36,840 nucleotides of DNA, from NCBI GenBank assembly GCA_035577325.1, contig DATLVQ010000838.1, positions 1 through 36,840 of the forward strand. Direction: 5' to 3'. The translations under genes and the position numbers were made by a program. Source of the DNA: Bryobacteraceae bacterium (GTDB lineage Bacteria; Acidobacteriota; Terriglobia; Bryobacterales; Bryobacteraceae). A model generated the notes under the pieces. The model ran no database searches. It worked only from the letters and a program-made list of their open reading frames with translations, and was not told where the DNA came from. Shown piece by piece: positions 33,017 through 36,840 of the stretch. Position 1 is the stretch's first letter. Each line of letters begins with the position of its first letter.

Positions 33017-33481
33017 ATGCCTCGCGAAGAGCGCGTCCGCATCTGCCCACCTCACGAAGACCGACCGACAATCGATTCCCCTTACATGGATTTAAGCGAA
33101 GCGCAGGAACTTGTAGCGCTCGGCCTACGCACCTGGAAATGGGAGAACCGCTGGCTGTCGGGTGAAGTGAAGGACACGCCGATCCGCGGAGCGTCGTGCG
33201 GAATGTCAGGAGTCAGCCGTGGATACCAGCCGATGATGAAGACGGTTGAGCGCACGGTTGGAGTGAGCCTGGTTCGAGACGGCGGTGGAAGAAATAAAGA
33301 TCGCAGCTTCAGGACAAAGGTAATTACGCGCAAGGTTCGCGAGCCGGAGCTTGACGAGCACGGCAAAGGAAAACTGGAGCGATCGCCAAGCACGTTAGAG
33401 CGCTTCGCATTCGACCATGATTTATCCGATGCTCTCGAACAAGCGCAGCGCAAAGTAGTTCGCGAGGTAACAACCGCATGA
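33017..33481 (+). CDS. hypothetical protein (154 aa)
   Basis: Track ORF in the operon. No motif was recognised. Confidence 0.5.
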   Translation: MPREERVRICPPHEDRPTIDSPYMDLSEAQELVALGLRTWKWENRWLSGEVKDTPIRGASCGMSGVSRGYQPMMKTVERTVGVSLVRDGGGRNKDRSFRTKVITRKVREPELDEHGKGKLERSPSTLERFAFDHDLSDALEQAQRKVVREVTTA

Positions 33482-33765
33482 ATCGCCGCGCCTTCCTATC
33501 GCTCCTAACAGTCGCTCCGTTCGCGAAGAAAATCGTTCCTGTCTCCGAACCTGGAACATGGGGAGCGGTGACACGCTCGTCGCAATACTTCGCTATCGGC
33601 GGTGGACCGAGAATAGGGAAAACGGCTACTCTCACCCTGGAAATGATTCGTCGCGCATGGGAATTTCCAAAACGTCAGTATGTGGTTTGTGCAACGCCCG
33701 GTATGAAGTCATGGTTCGAATCGCGGGTGCCCACTGAACTTCGCCGGAGAATACGTGTCGTATGA
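33478..33765 (+). CDS. 95-aa protein with a Tat-like N-terminus and a P-loop motif
   Basis: ATGA overlap. The N-terminus is MNRRAFLSLLTVAPFA and the Walker-A-like segment is AIGGGPRIGKTAT. Confidence 0.45.
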   Translation: MNRRAFLSLLTVAPFAKKIVPVSEPGTWGAVTRSSQYFAIGGGPRIGKTATLTLEMIRRAWEFPKRQYVVCATPGMKSWFESRVPTELRRRIRVV

Positions 33766-34013
33766 CAACGACCAAAGTTAAATCTTCCGTGATTGCTGAA
33801 ATCGGATACGACGAAGAGACGAAGCAACTCGAAGTCGTGTTCGCCAATCGGGCGCGGTGGCAATATGCCGACGTGCCGCTAGAAGTTTACGAAGCATTCA
33901 TCGCCGCCGACTCGGTAGGGCAGTTCTTCGGCGCAAAGATCCGCAAGAAGTATAGTGGTGAGATATGCAATAGTATTCTCCAGAAAGAACCAAGTGACAA
34001 AGCAGGCGATTGA
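33762..34013 (+). CDS. KTSC domain protein
   Basis: SSVIAEIGYDEETKQLEVVFANRARWQYADVPLEVYEAFIAADSVGQFFGAKIRKKY matches the KTSC domain pattern. Confidence 0.75.
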   Translation: MTTTKVKSSVIAEIGYDEETKQLEVVFANRARWQYADVPLEVYEAFIAADSVGQFFGAKIRKKYSGEICNSILQKEPSDKAGD

Positions 34014-34188
34014 GCAAGCTCGCGCTTTGCTGATTCCGGGCGAGATGGAAAAGCTGCGAACGCGGCAGATTCGAAGCGTGCGGTTATCGGAGATTCAACG
34101 CATCCGCAGAATGACATTCCATCACCACGCAACAGCGGCCCCGATGGTAACGAAAGAGAGGCCGATACACGAGGTCGAATGGCGTTGA
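33994..34188 (+). CDS. hypothetical small protein (start uncertain)
   Basis: Track ORF 33955-34188. GTG 33994 or ATG 34045 would reduce the overlap with the KTSC gene. Confidence 0.3.
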   Translation: MTKQAIEQARALLIPGEMEKLRTRQIRSVRLSEIQRIRRMTFHHHATAAPMVTKERPIHEVEWR

Positions 34189-34310
34189 ATCAATTGCTCC
34201 ACTACGTTGGCCTTAAGTTTACGCTCCATCAAGAGAGCGGGGATGACGCCAATTTCTGGAGTATTGCCGTGATTGGATTGGCGGCTTACGCCTACTGGAA
34301 GCTTTCCTGA
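34179..34310 (+). CDS. 43-aa putative membrane peptide
   Basis: Hand translation gives MALNQLLHYVGLKFTLHQESGDDANFWSIAVIGLAAYAYWKLS. Its stop overlaps the next ATG as TGATG-type coupling. It is below the track's size cutoff. Confidence 0.25.
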   Translation: MALNQLLHYVGLKFTLHQESGDDANFWSIAVIGLAAYAYWKLS

Positions 34311-34945
34311 TGCTGAACCAATTGCCGACGACGCCGGGAGCAATCTACCTGCTGCGGCATGGCTCGACGAGTTTCGATGAGGGCAAGCGTCCACGCGCGC
34401 AAGGCTGGATCAAAGCAGGCCTTGACGAGCGCGGCAAGAGCGAAGCGCGCATGGCGAAACCAGCCGTAGCGAAACTGAACATCTCCAGATTCCTAGCGGG
34501 CAGTTTGCCGCGAACAAGAGAGACGGTGGAGATTGTTGCCGACGGCGAGCCGGTTACACTGTCGCGCAATCTGCGCTGCCAAAACATCGGCGTGCTGGTC
34601 GGCAAGTCGGAAGACGTGGTAAATGAAATTCTGGGCGACATGGTAAAGACGGCGCCAGATGAAGATATCCCCAATGGCGAGTCTTACGTCTCGTATCGGG
34701 ACAGGTTCTTGAGGGAACTGGAAAGCGCGTTACACCGGGTTGAGAAGAGCGGAGAGAATGAGCTTTGGGGGACGCACTCAAAGAACATTCAGCTGGCGAT
34801 GGCGGCTAAGTCGCGAGACAGTGTGGACGCCAAGGCCGTTGCCGATCCGCCGGAAATCAAGCCGTGTGCGATAATCGAAATCAGCGTGGGGAAAGACGGC
34901 AAGTGGCAAGCGCGGGAAATTAACTGGAGGAAATCAGCATCATGA
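34310..34945 (+). CDS. histidine phosphatase superfamily protein (phosphoglycerate mutase-like branch)
   Basis: The N-terminal IYLLRHGST carries the RHG catalytic motif. A second His lies in the context LWGTHSKNI. 211 aa. Confidence 0.7.
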   Translation: MLNQLPTTPGAIYLLRHGSTSFDEGKRPRAQGWIKAGLDERGKSEARMAKPAVAKLNISRFLAGSLPRTRETVEIVADGEPVTLSRNLRCQNIGVLVGKSEDVVNEILGDMVKTAPDEDIPNGESYVSYRDRFLRELESALHRVEKSGENELWGTHSKNIQLAMAAKSRDSVDAKAVADPPEIKPCAIIEISVGKDGKWQAREINWRKSAS

Positions 34946-35484
34946 TCGAAGAGAAAAAAGTAGTACTTGCGAAGACTCTTGAAATCCGGCACCTCATCGA
35001 CAACGGCGAGCGGCTTGTCAAGGCCCCCGAAGAGGGCGAGCCGAACCCGGAACTGGCGAAGAAGATCGCCGAAGAGGACACGCACCACGAAGCGCACGAC
35101 GGCCAGGTGTTCTTCCGCGCCATTGGACCGAGCGCAGGCCAGGTGACTCGCGAGGAGTTCGCGCAGGCGTTCGTTGATCTTGGCTTTGTTCCGGCGCTGA
35201 AGTTGGCGAGCGAAGCGCAGGCCGCGAAGATTCGCGAACTGCAAGAAACGAACACGATCCTCAATGAACAGTTGGCGCAAGCGAGAGCGGCTATCCCGAA
35301 GGGCGAGGGCGTGCTACCCGTTGCTGGCACCATCGGCGAGACGGCTCCGGCTGGCGAGCAAGCACCTGCGTTGCCGGATGGTGCGCAGAATGGAGCGGAA
35401 CCTTCGGCTTTGAACCGTATCGCTTCGAAGTTGGGCATCGGCAAGGGCAAAGGCAAGGACTCTCCGAATGTCGACGCTGCCTAA
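34942..35484 (+). CDS. hypothetical coiled-coil protein (scaffold-like?)
   Basis: ATGA overlap. The middle is acidic and helical and the tail is Gly/Lys-rich. Confidence 0.45.
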   Translation: MIEEKKVVLAKTLEIRHLIDNGERLVKAPEEGEPNPELAKKIAEEDTHHEAHDGQVFFRAIGPSAGQVTREEFAQAFVDLGFVPALKLASEAQAAKIRELQETNTILNEQLAQARAAIPKGEGVLPVAGTIGETAPAGEQAPALPDGAQNGAEPSALNRIASKLGIGKGKGKDSPNVDAA

Positions 35485-35866
35485 AGTCAGCACGATTCAG
35501 CAACTCGGGTTGCTGGTCAGTGAGCAGCTTTGCTATCCTCGCGGGGTTACGCTCGAAAATGGGCGCGGACCCGCGATAGAGCCGATTGACGGCGTGACCT
35601 TCCGGCTTCACTTCGTCATTCGGTTTGAAGTGGCACAGAAGGCGATGGGCGCGACGTTGACGCTCTGTCCGATGGAGCACAACCCAAAGCGGCTTCAGCG
35701 GATCATCATTGAGCGATTGAAAGAGCTGTCTGAAATCACCTACGAGGACGCCAAGTCCATCATCGAACAAGCCGAGCGCATGTCGAAGCGAATGGACAAA
35801 GCAGCAGAGGCCACGGAAGAATACGCACGGCTTCGGAACGGTGAAGGGAAGGCGCTGAGCGCATGA
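35468..35866 (+). CDS. hypothetical protein (132 aa)
   Basis: Track ORF. No motif was recognised. Confidence 0.45.
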   Translation: MSTLPKVSTIQQLGLLVSEQLCYPRGVTLENGRGPAIEPIDGVTFRLHFVIRFEVAQKAMGATLTLCPMEHNPKRLQRIIIERLKELSEITYEDAKSIIEQAERMSKRMDKAAEATEEYARLRNGEGKALSA

Positions 35867-35985
35867 CCTGGCTAGGAATCTGCGTGGCTCAATATGCCAA
35901 GCGCAATGCTCGCGGCAAAGTTCTCCTGCTGGATGCTCTGTTCGCTGAAGCGCATTATCATTACCTCCGCATTTCACGAAAATAA
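35863..35985 (+). CDS. 40-aa hypothetical peptide
   Basis: Hand translation gives MTWLGICVAQYAKRNARGKVLLLDALFAEAHYHYLRISRK, with ATGA overlap. Confidence 0.25.
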   Translation: MTWLGICVAQYAKRNARGKVLLLDALFAEAHYHYLRISRK

Positions 35986-35991
35986 AACCAC

Positions 35992-36840
35992 ATGCGAAAA
36001 CTCCTGCTTCTAGCCGCGTTGTTTGTGGCTACGCTAGGGGTGTCTCAACCCACCTCTCTCTTAGTTGGCGACCTCGTTACTTCCAGTGGACAGCCTCTTT
36101 CCAATGCCACGCTGACCCTCACGCTCTCGCAACCTGCCTACATCACCGGGCTGTTCACGGTCGCCAGTTCTCCAATCAACTGCTATACCGGATCAACTGG
36201 AGCGTTTCAGGGCGGTACGATTCTCGGCCTACCGGATCCTTCCGCAACTCTAACGCGGACTCCGAACTACGCATCAGGCACGCTTCCAGCGGCGACGTAC
36301 TACATCAAGTACGCCTATTATTACAACGCTCAGACAACCTGGGTAAGCCCAGAGATGTCAACGGTGATGTCCAGCCAAGGGACGTTGACGATCTCGGCCC
36401 CTACGCTGCATCCTAGCGGGGCAACTGGTTGGAGGGTTTACGTTGGGACAAGCAGCGGTGCCGAGACGCTTCAGTCGTCCATCCCCGGATGGTCCAGTTA
36501 TGTGATCAGCGCACCGTTATCGAGCAGCACCGCTCCACCCACATCGAACAACACGCAGTGCATCTTCTGGTTTAACGATTCGATGGTTCCGGCGTACACG
36601 ACATACTCCGTGCTTATTCAAGACGTTCACGGAGCACAGGTACGCGGTTGGCCACAGAATTATTACTTCGCGGGATCGCGAGCAGATCTCAATTCGATGA
36701 CGCCTGCGGGAAACATCAGCGCCAAGTTCCCCACGGCCATCATCGCAAGCCCTTCCAGTGGAGCAACGCAAAGCATCAACGGTGGGTTGACCGTCACGGG
36801 CGTTGCCACTGCGCCGGATGTGAAACTGGGCTACCAGACC
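35992..36840 (+). CDS. fibre/adhesin-like structural protein with an N-terminal signal-like segment; 3' end outside the window
   Basis: It is not in the track because it has no stop. The ATG at 35992 opens a frame that stays open for 283 codons to the window end. The N-terminus is MRKLLLLAALFVATLGVSQP, followed by a Ser/Thr/Gly-rich beta-type sequence (GDLVTSSGQPLSNATLTLTL). Confidence 0.6.
   Translation, partial: MRKLLLLAALFVATLGVSQPTSLLVGDLVTSSGQPLSNATLTLTLSQPAYITGLFTVASSPINCYTGSTGAFQGGTILGLPDPSATLTRTPNYASGTLPAATYYIKYAYYYNAQTTWVSPEMSTVMSSQGTLTISAPTLHPSGATGWRVYVGTSSGAETLQSSIPGWSSYVISAPLSSSTAPPTSNNTQCIFWFNDSMVPAYTTYSVLIQDVHGAQVRGWPQNYYFAGSRADLNSMTPAGNISAKFPTAIIASPSSGATQSINGGLTVTGVATAPDVKLGYQT

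Noticed and set aside
33710-33730. GGTTCGAATC string resembling a tRNA T-loop
   Set aside because: The flanking bases do not form a T-stem or acceptor stem, and it lies inside a coupled ORF.
36780-36840. Possibility that the window is a complete circular genome with the last ORF continuing into the first
   Set aside because: Reading across 36840 to 1 in the frame of the last ORF hits a stop after about 36 codons and is out of phase with the 1-2666 ORF. Capsid, portal and lysis genes are also missing, so the genome extends beyond the window.
1-36840. Diversity-generating retroelement as the source of the position-restricted repeat variation
   Set aside because: No reverse transcriptase gene and no template/variable repeat pair were found in the window.

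Overview
The window is a contiguous piece of a tailed dsDNA phage or prophage genome with fairly high GC. No host genes are evident. There are four blocks.

(1) nt 1-14323, + strand: a virion and packaging block. It holds a large fibre/tube-like protein that is open at the window edge, and three consecutive large proteins of 322, 674 and 1362 aa that resemble a podovirus internal-virion (ejection) set. A small-terminase candidate and a clear large terminase follow. A three-gene cassette on the opposite strand (3554-4575) interrupts this block.

(2) nt 14304-22851, - strand: a replication and DNA-modification operon. It encodes an SF2 helicase, a Dam-like MTase, a PD-(D/E)XK-like protein, DnaB, an N6/N4-type MTase-like ORF and a C5-MTase.

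(3) nt 22852-23488: a 640-nt non-coding control region with divergent promoters.

(4) nt 23489-36840, + strand: a long, translationally coupled operon with many ATGA/GTGA overlaps. It encodes a Cro-like HTH protein, a RuvC-like resolvase, an HNH nuclease, a SWIM protein, a clamp-like protein and a Gp157-like protein. It also holds two proteins built on perfect short tandem coding repeats, then a promoter-terminator element, a cold-shock protein, a KTSC protein and a histidine phosphatase. It ends with a fibre-like ORF running off the window.

No tRNA, rRNA, CRISPR array, integrase, capsid, portal or lysis genes were recognised.

The most unusual signals are:
- a 459-codon second reading frame, fully open inside the C5-methyltransferase gene, that carries its own repeated motifs;
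- an MTase-like ORF lacking catalytic motif IV and fused to a degenerate helicase N-terminus;
- two codon-perfect tandem arrays (GGTIx x10 and [A/D]SV[G/R/W] x25);
- a ParB/Srx-like domain in the 1362-aa virion protein;
- a Cys/His-knuckle protein cassette on the opposite strand inside the virion module.

All family assignments come from motif recognition by eye. No searches were run.
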